A stretch of DNA of 64,000 nt from an uncultured Fidelibacterota bacterium (GCA_913040915.1 CAJWHW010000003.1:20145-84144); one strand, 5' to 3'. Counted from the stretch's first letter, positions 37,262-47,863 are shown. Program-made: numbers and translations. Notes: a model not told the origin generated them from the sequence alone.

Positions 37262-40195
37262 TTAATCGCACTCTACTGGAGATCGAACCAATAAAATATC
37301 TAATGGATCACTCGTTGTAATAGTTGGAATCATTAATGTAGCGCTGATACTTGATGTAAAATCATCATAACTGCAGATTGGAGGATCATCAGTTGATGTA
37401 TTTGCCAGATTACAAAGTTCTTTCAAATATCGAACAGATATACTCGCATACCCATCTTCATCAGTTAAAACAATTGGTTCGCATCCAATCATTGAGTAGC
37501 CATTCCATTCTCCGTCACCTTCTCCCTGATCAGCTGTACCTTCTAAACCATCTAAACCAAAATCATCAAAATTCTCAGAAACTTCAGATACATCCCACTC
37601 ACCATCACCTGTTGTGTCAATTGCATCATGGATATTATTATAATTTCCCCAATCAACGGTCTCAGGGTCATCATCAGCTCCATAGTCCCTCCATGAAAAA
37701 CAGCCATCATTTTCGCCAGCTAATATATCTCCTGAGTCTTCTAAAGTATCCAGTCCCCAATCTTCGTAGGCTTCATATCCTACTTCTACCCAGCGACTAA
37801 CACCTGTACCTACAAATGACACTGGAGCACCTACTACTGGGTTTCCATAATAGTCAATAACAATCGCCGTGACTGTAATGTCAACGGAGTCTGTAGGAAA
37901 TGGTATGCTAAAATCATGGTAGGTTGCATTCGATGTAAGTGTCACCGCTCCTGGCAGGAAAAACAAGGTAGCATCTCCTTCACCTTCATTAATGTAAGAC
38001 GATAGAAAATCACTTTCACCATCACCATCCAAGTCACCAGTCGCTGTTGTTGCCCTAACTTTTCCAATATCACCAATCGCATCTGTGGAATAAATTATAA
38101 ATGATCTAGCCATACCAACAGTTGCTTCACCACTTTGAACACCTTCATTATTTGTAAAACTTACGCCTTCAACTACAGCATCAATAGTTGTATCAGGAGG
38201 CAGAGGAGCAATATCCCAATAAACGTAGGTTGTATCTTCTACGGGGTTACCATGTATATCTGAAACAAGTGCGGCACACTCAGTCCGATAAAAACCTCCA
38301 CCTACAGCTTCAGTACTGTTTGGATCATATTCAGCTTCTATACGATGAGGTTGTCCAGAAGCAATTGTTACAGGTACATCAATGACAGTTAGATCATTGC
38401 TACCATCCTGGTCACAGTCACAAGTAGCAACAATTCTTACTGGTCCTGGTTCGGACCCACTATTAATAGAAACCGTAGCCACACCATTCACAGTATAAAT
38501 TGTAGCCGATGTTTGCCCAGGTGTCTCTAAGTAAGCGTCACCAACTAAAGGTTCAATTGTGAAGACGACTGGGGTTGGTGTGTTTATTAGTGTTCCATTA
38601 TCATCATAGACTTCTGCCTTAATAAAAGTCGACTCAAGCCCACCACCATCTCTAACAACAATATCGCCTGGTATTGACGCTGGAATCTCCATAAACGCAC
38701 AGGTTTGAAAAGATGGATCTTCTATATAGACCTGTAGTGAATCTTGGATTAAGGTTGATGAAAACCCTGGGTGAGAAAACGTCGCCGAAATATCGGATAC
38801 ACCAACATCTTCCGGATTTCCTAAGTCTGTAAATACAGCAGTATCTGTACCTACAGTATCTGTTAAACCTATAGCATTAATAAAACCTAGGGTGGCTTCA
38901 TAATTGATTTGAGCATTCCCAACGGGATTTCCGAGCTTATTGAGCAGCCGCGTTACAATATTTGCAACTGTCTCCCCTCCATCAAGGGCAATTACATCTG
39001 TGTCTGTAGTAACAAAAAGATTGTAGGGCCACACATCATCTTCAGAATAGACATTGAATCTTTCACCTTCTGTAATTTTATCTCCAAATTTTGCAACTAC
39101 AGTTACACCTTCAAAATTCGGCGTTCCAGGATTATCTTTATAGGTATTGCCGCCGTCATCAAAATGAGCAATGACCTGCCCATCTGAATTAGATACACTG
39201 CTCTGATAATTTATTGTACCCACATCAACATTGCTTGATGTGGCAACAAATTCTACAGATTGTCCTGATATTGGATTTCCAGCTGTATCAGTAACCGTTG
39301 CAATGAGCCTGGTTTGAGATGCATCCCCTGCTATATCTTCACCAACCACGACTGTATTATTCGATTCATCAAATGAGACTGGTAAGATCTCCATTGAGAG
39401 TCCATTATCGGTTCCAATGATAACTTGGACTGAATCAGATATGGACAAATCAAAACCTTCATGGGTAAATGTGCATACAATATTTGCTGGTCCAATATCT
39501 TCTGGAACCCCATTATCCTGAAAAGTTAAGGTAACTGCTCCTGTGCTATCTGTTTCACCTTCAGAATCAATAAAGCCCCGATCCGTATCAAATGATAGGA
39601 TAACATTTTGAAGAGGTATATTTGATTTATTCAACAGTCGCGCTTCTATTTCTGCCGTAGTAGCGCCATTATCTAACTTGATATTGTCCACGTCCGATGA
39701 AACGAATAGTGTATATGGCCACACATCATCCTTTTCCTGATAAACATTAAATTGAGCTTTTGCCGTGATAGTTGTATTTGCATATGTCGCAGTAACAGTT
39801 AGACCTTCATAATCAGGCGTTGTTGTCCTGTCAACCATTTCTTCTGAACTGTTTGGCTTAAACGTGTTCACCACCTCTCCATTCTCATCAGTATTAACAG
39901 ACCTACCATTAGTATAGTCTCCACCACCGCCACCATTATCTGAAAATGTGATGCTTTCATTTTTTATCGGAGTTCCGTCTGAATTATTCAGTGTAAACAC
40001 CATACGCATATTAGATGAGCCAGATACAACTTCACCAACTGATGTACCATCATTTGTAACAGCCTGTAAGGAATTAAGTGTCAGTGTAGCATTCGGGTTT
40101 GTGGTCTCTTCAGGCAGTCTTTCATCACAAGCAAGGTTCATAAAAATAATGCCGTAGAAAATGGGATAAATAGATTTTGATTTAATTTTAAACAT
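37262..40195 (-). CDS. Large acidic lipoprotein with tandem invasin/Big_1-like Ig domains
   Basis: Start set at ATG 40195 (AAGGAG RBS); lipobox-like MNLAC; repeated A-T-V-T-D..GNP...V-x-F motifs; Asp-rich C-terminal insert. Confidence 0.78.
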   Translation of the reverse strand: MFKIKSKSIYPIFYGIIFMNLACDERLPEETTNPNATLTLNSLQAVTNDGTSVGEVVSGSSNMRMVFTLNNSDGTPIKNESITFSDNGGGGGDYTNGRSVNTDENGEVVNTFKPNSSEEMVDRTTTPDYEGLTVTATYANTTITAKAQFNVYQEKDDVWPYTLFVSSDVDNIKLDNGATTAEIEARLLNKSNIPLQNVILSFDTDRGFIDSEGETDSTGAVTLTFQDNGVPEDIGPANIVCTFTHEGFDLSISDSVQVIIGTDNGLSMEILPVSFDESNNTVVVGEDIAGDASQTRLIATVTDTAGNPISGQSVEFVATSSNVDVGTINYQSSVSNSDGQVIAHFDDGGNTYKDNPGTPNFEGVTVVAKFGDKITEGERFNVYSEDDVWPYNLFVTTDTDVIALDGGETVANIVTRLLNKLGNPVGNAQINYEATLGFINAIGLTDTVGTDTAVFTDLGNPEDVGVSDISATFSHPGFSSTLIQDSLQVYIEDPSFQTCAFMEIPASIPGDIVVRDGGGLESTFIKAEVYDDNGTLINTPTPVVFTIEPLVGDAYLETPGQTSATIYTVNGVATVSINSGSEPGPVRIVATCDCDQDGSNDLTVIDVPVTIASGQPHRIEAEYDPNSTEAVGGGFYRTECAALVSDIHGNPVEDTTYVYWDIAPLPPDTTIDAVVEGVSFTNNEGVQSGEATVGMARSFIIYSTDAIGDIGKVRATTATGDLDGDGESDFLSSYINEGEGDATLFFLPGAVTLTSNATYHDFSIPFPTDSVDITVTAIVIDYYGNPVVGAPVSFVGTGVSRWVEVGYEAYEDWGLDTLEDSGDILAGENDGCFSWRDYGADDDPETVDWGNYNNIHDAIDTTGDGEWDVSEVSENFDDFGLDGLEGTADQGEGDGEWNGYSMIGCEPIVLTDEDGYASISVRYLKELCNLANTSTDDPPICSYDDFTSSISATLMIPTITTSDPLDILLVRSPVECD

Positions 40196-40205
40196 GCTGC
40201 ACTCC

Positions 40206-41639
40206 TTATTCAGAATCTTCTTCAGATTCATCATGATCTTGTTGACTATGACTATCATCATCTTCACGTTTATCATTTTTTGGCCCTTTGATAACATAAT
40301 CTTCAAATTCAACCATATCTTCAGACTTTGTAATACCTGTATATGCATCTACAACAATCTTTGGTGTTATTTGGATAATTAAATCTGTTTTACGTTCGAC
40401 GATACCATTCGATGTAAACAATTTTTTCCCCAACCATGGAATTTTGCTTAAGACCGGGACTTGGTAGGTAGTCCTTTTTTTATCATTACTTAGTAAACCA
40501 CCAATGATAATTGACTCACCGTCCCTTACCCTTATCGTCGTAGATGAAATTCTGCTTTTTACACGTGGAATATTCTGGTCCGGGCCTATAAACTCGAATA
40601 TTGTAGATACTTCTGGCTCTACCTTACAGGTTATATACCCATCTGTATTCACTGTAGGCAGTATATTCAGCTTGATCCCTACTTCTTCACGCTGTACCTG
40701 TACCTGACCCCCAACACCACCTGAACTAAGGATGTAGGGTACAATATCAACTAATTTAATATTGGCTTCACGACCGTTTATTGTTGTCAGCCTTGAGTTT
40801 GCCAATACTTCAGCTTTGTTTGTTTTTTGAAGCATGTCCAGTGTAATATCAAAAGCAGTGAGTTGTCGGCTAAAGTACCGTGGGATAATGGCTGTTTCAT
40901 CTTTTTTATCACTCAATCTATTGAACAGCATTGTCGCAGGGAGATCACCAAGTGTCTGCTCTGCAGGGACTACGGAACCACCCCCGTCTGTTTCAGGAAC
41001 ACCATTTTCAGCTAAAATAGTTTTATAATTTGATAGTTTAGACCAATCAATTCCCAGCTGCTCTTCTACATCTGCCGCAACTTCAATCAACCTAGTCTCT
41101 AACATAATCTGGATTGCAGGAACATCAATTTCTCGTACAACCTGAATGATTTCAGCGATTTTTTTTGGAGAAGCATTAACCAAGAGTTTATTACCAGGGA
41201 TATCAACCTGAACCTGACCTGAAATGTCCTGGAGTAAGTTTTTCACATCTTCAGCTGATGCATATTTAAGCTCTATGACATGGGAAGAGACACCCACTTC
41301 TTCTTTTAACTTTTTGGGATCAGCAATTAAAAAAGAATTACCAACTACTTCGTAGCTCAAGCCAACGGCTCTTACAACCAAGTTAATCGCCTGTTCTATT
41401 GGAACTTCATCCAAATGAATAGATATTTTATCTTGCCTGTTCACATTGGGATCAGTCACAATATTATATCCACTTTCTGATGCTAAGATCGCTAGAATAC
41501 TTGGTAAAAAAGCATCTTCAGCGTGTACACTGATTAATTTTTCTTCGTTAGACTGAGTAGGCTCGCTATCTTGACCCCAGAGCGGAAAAATAACTGCCCA
41601 TATCAGCGCAAGAAGTTTTACCTTTTGTAAATAGTTCAT
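40206..41639 (-). CDS. pilQ: Secretin (PilQ/GspD family), short form without AMIN domains
   Basis: N0-like and N3-like domains, DVPAIQIMLETRLIE, DGESIIIGGL, VPVLSKIPWLG and LIIQITP motifs. Confidence 0.9.
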   Translation of the reverse strand: MNYLQKVKLLALIWAVIFPLWGQDSEPTQSNEEKLISVHAEDAFLPSILAILASESGYNIVTDPNVNRQDKISIHLDEVPIEQAINLVVRAVGLSYEVVGNSFLIADPKKLKEEVGVSSHVIELKYASAEDVKNLLQDISGQVQVDIPGNKLLVNASPKKIAEIIQVVREIDVPAIQIMLETRLIEVAADVEEQLGIDWSKLSNYKTILAENGVPETDGGGSVVPAEQTLGDLPATMLFNRLSDKKDETAIIPRYFSRQLTAFDITLDMLQKTNKAEVLANSRLTTINGREANIKLVDIVPYILSSGGVGGQVQVQREEVGIKLNILPTVNTDGYITCKVEPEVSTIFEFIGPDQNIPRVKSRISSTTIRVRDGESIIIGGLLSNDKKRTTYQVPVLSKIPWLGKKLFTSNGIVERKTDLIIQITPKIVVDAYTGITKSEDMVEFEDYVIKGPKNDKREDDDSHSQQDHDESEEDSE

Positions 41640-41660
41640 TGTGGCATATCCCTTTAAGAT

Positions 41661-42260
41661 TTAATTCTTTTTATTATTTTTTTTCAAATAGCTGTAATCA
41701 GTTCCGTGCACCCAAACCAGATTTTGATTTGTCATGGGATTGACCTTACTCTTTTGATTGAAGCTTGTGTTCAGATTACCGGGAGCTGGATAAGCTTTAA
41801 GACCAGCACTTGTTCGGATAAGTACTTGGGTCGCATCAATCAACTCGACCTTACCAATATTTTCTATGTTATCTCCCACCGATACAGTATAAGCTTTACC
41901 TCTGTAATCTATTTGAGCTTGAAAGTGATTATTCCTCTGATACACCAGGGCAACACGTACTGCATTTCGGTTTCTTCTGGAACGCCTACCTGTACCGTCA
42001 GCCATCGTTAATACATTTGTCAGCATCATTGGAGTATTGTTCAATGAAAATCGAAAATCGCTTCTCTCAGCCAAACGGTTTTCTAGATAAGCGATAATAT
42101 CTTCTAATTCTTTGTCTGTACCAAATTGCAGATTATTTGACCTCTCTTTTAGTCGATTATATTTTTTATTCATTGGAAATAGCTTAAAACTGGTAGCAAT
42201 CAGGGAAACGATTGTTATGCCAACCAACAGATTCCATATAGTCACTGATCTTTCACTCAT
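41661..42260 (-). CDS. PilP/GspC-position protein with N-terminal membrane anchor
   Basis: Between pilO and secretin; C-terminal YTVSVGDNI..GKVELID beta motif resembles the PilP fold; no lipobox. Confidence 0.6.
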   Translation of the reverse strand: MSERSVTIWNLLVGITIVSLIATSFKLFPMNKKYNRLKERSNNLQFGTDKELEDIIAYLENRLAERSDFRFSLNNTPMMLTNVLTMADGTGRRSRRNRNAVRVALVYQRNNHFQAQIDYRGKAYTVSVGDNIENIGKVELIDATQVLIRTSAGLKAYPAPGNLNTSFNQKSKVNPMTNQNLVWVHGTDYSYLKKNNKKN

Positions 42261-42832
42261 TAGGATACCTTCGTTTTTGATTTGACAAGCGTTATCGTTG
42301 AGAGACTGACAACAAATTCTTGATCTATTAAGTCTTCTTCCTGAATATTTGCTTTTATCCGTTGAATTCCATTTTTCACTTCAAATTCATCAATTGTGAT
42401 TAACCTCGGTGATCTCTCTATCTCAGAAAGAAATTCCCCAAATTGCTCAAATGTGCACTCAAGTGTTATGATGTACGGTGCTTCGAAGTATGTGGTTTTA
42501 TTTTTTCGTGGTTTCGGCTTTATACCCAGCAGCTCAATATCTAAAGCTTCTAACATATTGGTTAGATTATTTAAAAATGGGAGATTCGCATCGTCAGCCA
42601 GAGAGTCTGCTTGTGACAAGGCCAGATTCTCCTGAAATAATGTAAAGACACGGTCTAACTGACTAGCTAAAATTTGTGCACTGATTAAATTCTCATTCAG
42701 CTCAGCCTGCTCATCTTCCAACAGCCTAATATCAAATGGTTTTTCCCCGATCATTATGGAAGAACTGACCCAGAATGTGATGGTAAGTAAAACCAGAGCG
42801 CCAAATAATAATATATTTCTTTTTTCAGCCAT
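42260..42832 (-). CDS. pilO: Type IV pilus alignment protein PilO
   Basis: TM, coiled coil, then PY.I.L...FEQFGEFLSEIERSPRLI; synteny. Confidence 0.85.
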   Translation of the reverse strand: MAEKRNILLFGALVLLTITFWVSSSIMIGEKPFDIRLLEDEQAELNENLISAQILASQLDRVFTLFQENLALSQADSLADDANLPFLNNLTNMLEALDIELLGIKPKPRKNKTTYFEAPYIITLECTFEQFGEFLSEIERSPRLITIDEFEVKNGIQRIKANIQEEDLIDQEFVVSLSTITLVKSKTKVS

Positions 42833-42840
42833 CTATCTCT

Positions 42841-43434
42841 CTATGAATAAGATTTACGTCGATTCTTCTTAATTGTGGCTTCAATCTCAAAGCGTACAAT
42901 ATCCTGTCCTCGTACATTTATTTTGCTGTGACCAACATATTTGATTTTTCCAAAATTTTGGGAGAAATTTTTATTCCTGCGCAGCGTTTGAACATATTCA
43001 TCGATAATCTCAAAATCTTTGCGATCTTCAAAGGTAAGTGCAATACCACGAACTACCAGTTTTTGCTTTTTATATCGCAGACCCGTTATTGCCATATCAT
43101 CCGGTGTCATTGTTCCAAGAATCTCTAAATTTTGAGCCCAGAGATATCTGTTCTGCTCTAAATCAGCAAAGGCAAGGATATCATCCTTGGACAAATTTTT
43201 TCCTTCAGTCTGAAGCTTGGCAATTTCATCCTTTAATCTTTGAATTTCTTCTTTCTTCTGATCAATTATTTTGTTGTATCCTAATCCTATCATCCATGTT
43301 CGAATATTTACACCCAACAGAATAATCAGTAAGACTGCGAATGTACCCCATCTGAACTGCTCCCTTATTCGCTGAAGTCTTGTTTCTGCACTCTCAGCTT
43401 TATTCAGGTTGATAAGAATGAACTGCCTATCCAT
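42841..43434 (-). CDS. pilN: Type IV pilus alignment protein PilN
   Basis: N-terminal INL motif, TM, coiled coil, PDDMAITGL; synteny. Confidence 0.82.
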   Translation of the reverse strand: MDRQFILINLNKAESAETRLQRIREQFRWGTFAVLLIILLGVNIRTWMIGLGYNKIIDQKKEEIQRLKDEIAKLQTEGKNLSKDDILAFADLEQNRYLWAQNLEILGTMTPDDMAITGLRYKKQKLVVRGIALTFEDRKDFEIIDEYVQTLRRNKNFSQNFGKIKYVGHSKINVRGQDIVRFEIEATIKKNRRKSYS

Positions 43435-44485
43435 TAGACATTCCTCCCCGAATACTCAAGCCCATCGCAGTGGCATATTGACTCTTATTTGTTAATGAAA
43501 TGGAATCGCTCCCTTCAATATTTTCAAATGGATCGAATGAAGTGCATTCAATATTCAGTTTACTTGTAATAAAATCTGAAAGACCCTTGGTCTCACCACC
43601 ACCGCCCAATAAAAATAGTTTTAAGAAAAAACTCTGACCAGTTTGTTTCGCATAAAACCTCAGTGATCGTCTTAAATCTTCAACTAAATTATCGTAAACA
43701 GTACGCTCAGCAATTCCAACACCTGTAGATGGTTCATCGGTTTCAACGCTGCCAACAGCGGCTAAACCACCCTTGTAGAGTAAATCTTGTGCTTCTATAT
43801 AACTAATTTCTTTTAATTGAGATAATTCTTTAACAAAATGGTGTCCACCTATAGGTAAATCTCTAGTAAAAAACTGTTTTCCTTTCCCATAGACGACTAA
43901 ACTAGATGAAACTGCGCCAATGTCTAAGAGTACTACTAGACCGTCTTCTGGCAGATCTTTTACTAGCGTAAATGCATTACTGATGGCAATCGGATTCACA
44001 TCAACTACACCTGGTTTCAAACCACAATCTTTTATGAGCTCCATATGCCCATTTAAAACGCCTTTGGTACAGGCAACTAGACCAACGTCAATTTTATCCA
44101 CTTCCAGTTCATTTGATCCGATAATTTGATAGTCTATGATAGCATCCGTACCATCCATGGGAATATGCTTTCTAGCTTCAAAGGTCATAGCAGACTCTAA
44201 CTCATCTGAAGGCATTTCCATGGTTGTGATTTGTTTAACACTTGCATTTGAACCACTGATTCCGGTTGTCAGGACCTTAACCTTTTTGGGGTTCAGCCCT
44301 TGTTGACGAAACAATTCTTTCACAGCCATGACCCAGTGTGTTTTATCGATTTTCTCCGGATCATAGGCTGAGTTTGGTTCAGGAACTAATCTTGTTCCCG
44401 CATCCAAGACTTTAAATCCATCTTTTACCTTTTCAACTGTGACCAGTTTAATAAACTGTCTGCCAATATCTAGACCGAGGTACAT
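43427..44485 (-). CDS. pilM: Type IV pilus assembly protein PilM (actin-like)
   Basis: LGLDIG, EARKHIP, LDIGA, RSLRFY, LGGGG and AMGLSIR motifs. Confidence 0.92.
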   Translation of the reverse strand: MYLGLDIGRQFIKLVTVEKVKDGFKVLDAGTRLVPEPNSAYDPEKIDKTHWVMAVKELFRQQGLNPKKVKVLTTGISGSNASVKQITTMEMPSDELESAMTFEARKHIPMDGTDAIIDYQIIGSNELEVDKIDVGLVACTKGVLNGHMELIKDCGLKPGVVDVNPIAISNAFTLVKDLPEDGLVVLLDIGAVSSSLVVYGKGKQFFTRDLPIGGHHFVKELSQLKEISYIEAQDLLYKGGLAAVGSVETDEPSTGVGIAERTVYDNLVEDLRRSLRFYAKQTGQSFFLKLFLLGGGGETKGLSDFITSKLNIECTSFDPFENIEGSDSISLTNKSQYATAMGLSIRGGMSNG

Positions 44486-44506
44486 TATTTTCCTATTCTT
44501 TATACT

Positions 44507-46759
44507 TTAGTTTTTAGCTTCACCGTAAGAAGCCATTTTTAAAATTACTTGATTAGTGGAACTCTGTAGATCTGGAAAATATGGTGGCGGACGCATACGT
44601 AAATTCCAATCATAATGATAATCCTTATCGTATCCAACACCAGGGGTGACATTATAAGGGCCTTGCCAATTCCGTAGCATATAACCACGCTGAAATTGCA
44701 CAATTGATCCATATAGTTTTACATCACCTCTTTTATCATTTACCCCAGTATATATTCCATTACTTGTTTCAGGTCTGTAATAGTTCCTGTGTCCACCCCT
44801 ACCATCTGCAATAATGCCATACGGAAGATTATCATCTATATCATGAAAATCGGTTAAGGTATTTTGCCAATAATGTGAAAGAAATCCACCATTCATGGCA
44901 AGAAGAGAAGCATTAATTCTTATATGGCATTCATCATCATCACTATTGTCAGTGCAACCACCCCTAGCTCCATTGGGCCTTGTATTTGCAATAATAACGC
45001 TTCCACCTGCAATTAAGCCTAAGACATGATCTGAGCCACCATCTTCCGGGTGAATTACTTCCCCAGCTGCATCTGAATCGAGATAGACAATATCATCTAT
45101 AAGCCAAATATTACCCCAAACACGATCAATTATATCCATATTATCATGCCGTCGGTATTCAGTAAAGTCATCCGTTACAATTGTATATAAACCATCCACA
45201 GTACCTCGAACAAGGACTTGTCCACCTCGTACATAAATTACCTGAGGTGAACTCCCTTTAGAAAAAAATGTTCGATTCATATGTACGTATTCGCTGTTGT
45301 ATATGATATCAGGACAATTAAAAATATCACAATTATTTCCAGAAATACCGCCGTAGTTCCAATATTCAAAGTCAAAGTGGTGTAGTCTTCCTGCTTCACA
45401 AAATTCAGATGAGTTATCGACATGGTCGTGGTAATAATAAAATGAATTCCACTCCACATCTTCAGCAAGGCCTGTTGATGCACTGGTATTAATAACTTTC
45501 ACTCGTTCATTCTGACTAAATCCCTTTCCATCAGCATTGAAATAAGTTAAACTTCCTGGAGTAAAAATAATCTTAATATTGCCATCGCCTGGAAATACAG
45601 CATTAGCTATAAAAGTTGCTACCTTGGTACCGGCTTCATTCTCAATACGTATTACATCACCATTTTCAACTAAATCTTGAAATTCAGATTGTATATTGTT
45701 CCCATCAGCATCAATCACACTTACTATCAACATATTAGTTTGAGGATCATAATTACCGGCTGCATCATTAAATACATTGGAAAGTGCAAACCGACTAAAT
45801 CCAGCTGGTGGTGGATCTAAATTTACGTAGTTGGTACTGTCCCAGAAAAAATCATACTCTGCTGGCGGGCTACCAACTGGTGGGATATTATACCACCACT
45901 GTGTTGCCCAGTAACCACCTTGGACAAAATTAATCTCCGTCATAATTAAAGTGTCCTTCTGATTCCCACGAAATAATTTATCATCCGCTTCTAATACTCG
46001 AGTCGCGTTTTGCCTTGCAGTCTCTGCTGAATTATCCGGTGGAAAGATTATCTGTGAAACGGTATCAAGTATATTAATGTCATCCACTTCAAATACACTC
46101 TCATCACAACCTCCATAATTAACTCCACTACCATTTTCATCAATTGCCTCAAAGGTTATATTTACTTCACCTGAAAATTTTGGACCACCCCCGAAACAAT
46201 TATTACTAAGATTTATCACACCATTTGTATGTACCTTACCCTCTAACTCATCCGAACTTCCAAAATTGACATTTCCGGTATTTCCAGGACCTATAGGCTT
46301 TTCCTCATGGGTAAAATACATGAATTCTTCAAAACCCGCGGGTACCATAGTAGTATAGACTCGACGCTTGATCTGCACATCTGTTCCGCTCGGAGTGGTA
46401 TATTCAGCTATTCCTGTTGAGTAAGCTATGTATTCTTTCCTGGTTGATCCTATTTGTAACCTTGTAGAGCACGCTATATCTTCATAAGTGCCCAATCGCT
46501 CTCCGTTTTCATCTGCTCCATATTCTACACCATTACCAAGTAGCAATGTGTCAGATGTAATCTGGGGCAGAACAACAATACCGACTTCATTAAGTCCAGC
46601 TTCAGCAGCGTAGAGGGCTTTCCACTCGGAATATCTATATTTTTCCATCACATCCATACTGAATGAGTTCTTCAAATACGCTGCTGTAAATGCCATTGAT
46701 AGCATAGTAAAAAGGATCGCAAGCGGCGCCACACTTCCTGTAGATATCTTTCTAAACAT
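44507..46759 (-). CDS. Large PilX/GspK-like minor pilin (750 aa)
   Basis: G|SVAPL leader without Glu5, ALYAAEAGL motif, GKVHTNG, C-terminal GYDKDYHYD...PPPYFP. Confidence 0.75.
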   Translation of the reverse strand: MFRKISTGSVAPLAILFTMLSMAFTAAYLKNSFSMDVMEKYRYSEWKALYAAEAGLNEVGIVVLPQITSDTLLLGNGVEYGADENGERLGTYEDIACSTRLQIGSTRKEYIAYSTGIAEYTTPSGTDVQIKRRVYTTMVPAGFEEFMYFTHEEKPIGPGNTGNVNFGSSDELEGKVHTNGVINLSNNCFGGGPKFSGEVNITFEAIDENGSGVNYGGCDESVFEVDDINILDTVSQIIFPPDNSAETARQNATRVLEADDKLFRGNQKDTLIMTEINFVQGGYWATQWWYNIPPVGSPPAEYDFFWDSTNYVNLDPPPAGFSRFALSNVFNDAAGNYDPQTNMLIVSVIDADGNNIQSEFQDLVENGDVIRIENEAGTKVATFIANAVFPGDGNIKIIFTPGSLTYFNADGKGFSQNERVKVINTSASTGLAEDVEWNSFYYYHDHVDNSSEFCEAGRLHHFDFEYWNYGGISGNNCDIFNCPDIIYNSEYVHMNRTFFSKGSSPQVIYVRGGQVLVRGTVDGLYTIVTDDFTEYRRHDNMDIIDRVWGNIWLIDDIVYLDSDAAGEVIHPEDGGSDHVLGLIAGGSVIIANTRPNGARGGCTDNSDDDECHIRINASLLAMNGGFLSHYWQNTLTDFHDIDDNLPYGIIADGRGGHRNYYRPETSNGIYTGVNDKRGDVKLYGSIVQFQRGYMLRNWQGPYNVTPGVGYDKDYHYDWNLRMRPPPYFPDLQSSTNQVILKMASYGEAKN

Positions 46760-47390
46760 CTGTCTCTTCTTCAGTCATGGCATTAGTAATCTTCTTCTGG
46801 ATATAGCTAGTACCTAAGAATACTGTTCTATGAAATCTATGCTCTTCTGTGATTTCTCTTACACCTTCATCAATTACATCTGACTCGAGTCCTAAGGTGA
46901 GTGTGACATGCAAATAAGAACTCTTAAAAAGAGAGAGACTCGGACGCGTATCAACATCTGTCTGAACAATAAAATCAACAATGTATACTTCTCTCTGCCC
47001 ATTTCCTCGAAATGCACCTTCAGAAGGGAGCTTCAAAAGACCTTTAAGCGGCGGCTCACTGTTAAACTCAATTCCATTTCTACGATCGCAGGATATCTGT
47101 AAATGGGGAGAAATATCTGTGAATTCTTCATATAGCTTCATTCGAGAAAAACCATTCTGGCCATCTATTTCAACCTTTTTTGCCAGGTTTAATTCACGAG
47201 AAATCTCTCTTAGTATATTGTTCCCGTATTGCCTTAAGTCCTGTCGGACTGTATCTGTTTGGTAGTGTAGAATAACTGCTTGCGCTGCTGAAGTCATACC
47301 AAATGCAATAATTCCAACTACTATTGTTGTAGCCGCAATTTCCATTAGGGTAATACCTGAAGATGTTTTTTTCAAAAATGACTTAATCAT
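46752..47390 (-). CDS. Minor pilin (PilW-like)
   Basis: Class III signal KKTSSG|ITLME; ISRELNLA helix. Confidence 0.8.
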   Translation of the reverse strand: MIKSFLKKTSSGITLMEIAATTIVVGIIAFGMTSAAQAVILHYQTDTVRQDLRQYGNNILREISRELNLAKKVEIDGQNGFSRMKLYEEFTDISPHLQISCDRRNGIEFNSEPPLKGLLKLPSEGAFRGNGQREVYIVDFIVQTDVDTRPSLSLFKSSYLHVTLTLGLESDVIDEGVREITEEHRFHRTVFLGTSYIQKKITNAMTEEETDV

Positions 47391-47863
47391 GTTTCAAAAA
47401 CCGTCATGATAGTTGATAATCTTCTCTCTTTTGAAACTCGGCCAGCGTAGCGACTGGGGGGTGCTGCAAAGTAGTCACTCCATTTAATCCAACATTCTAT
47501 CTCAAACCTTGACATATCTGTAATACCGTAATCATTGAATTTGTTTAACCGTCTTATATTGTAATAAATTTTTGCTTTAATAGTGTAGCGGTCTCCAGCA
47601 GAGCCGACAAGATATATATCATTTCCATCCGGATCTCCTGCACGTTCCGTGGGTGATAGATTTCCATCTGCGATACGACCTTTCCAATACTCCATATAGT
47701 TCAAAAGCTCTTCTGTTGCTCGTTCTTTTATTTCCAATGCATGTAGCTCACTTCGAGCATGCACCACACCCATCATTAAACCAACACAGGAAATTAAAAT
47801 AATAACTGTGGCAGTCATCACTTCTATAAAACCAACGCCAGATGTTGTTTTTTTGAAATTCAT
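47387..47863 (-). CDS. Minor pilin (PilV-like)
   Basis: Class III signal KKTTSG|VGFIE followed by hydrophobic helix. Confidence 0.8.
   Translation of the reverse strand: MNFKKTTSGVGFIEVMTATVIILISCVGLMMGVVHARSELHALEIKERATEELLNYMEYWKGRIADGNLSPTERAGDPDGNDIYLVGSAGDRYTIKAKIYYNIRRLNKFNDYGITDMSRFEIECWIKWSDYFAAPPSRYAGRVSKERRLSTIMTVFET

Noticed and set aside
40196..40348. N-terminal extension of the 1028-aa ORF in the track
   Set aside because: Overlaps the secretin 3' end; ATG 40195 has an AAGGAG RBS and gives a proper lipoprotein signal.
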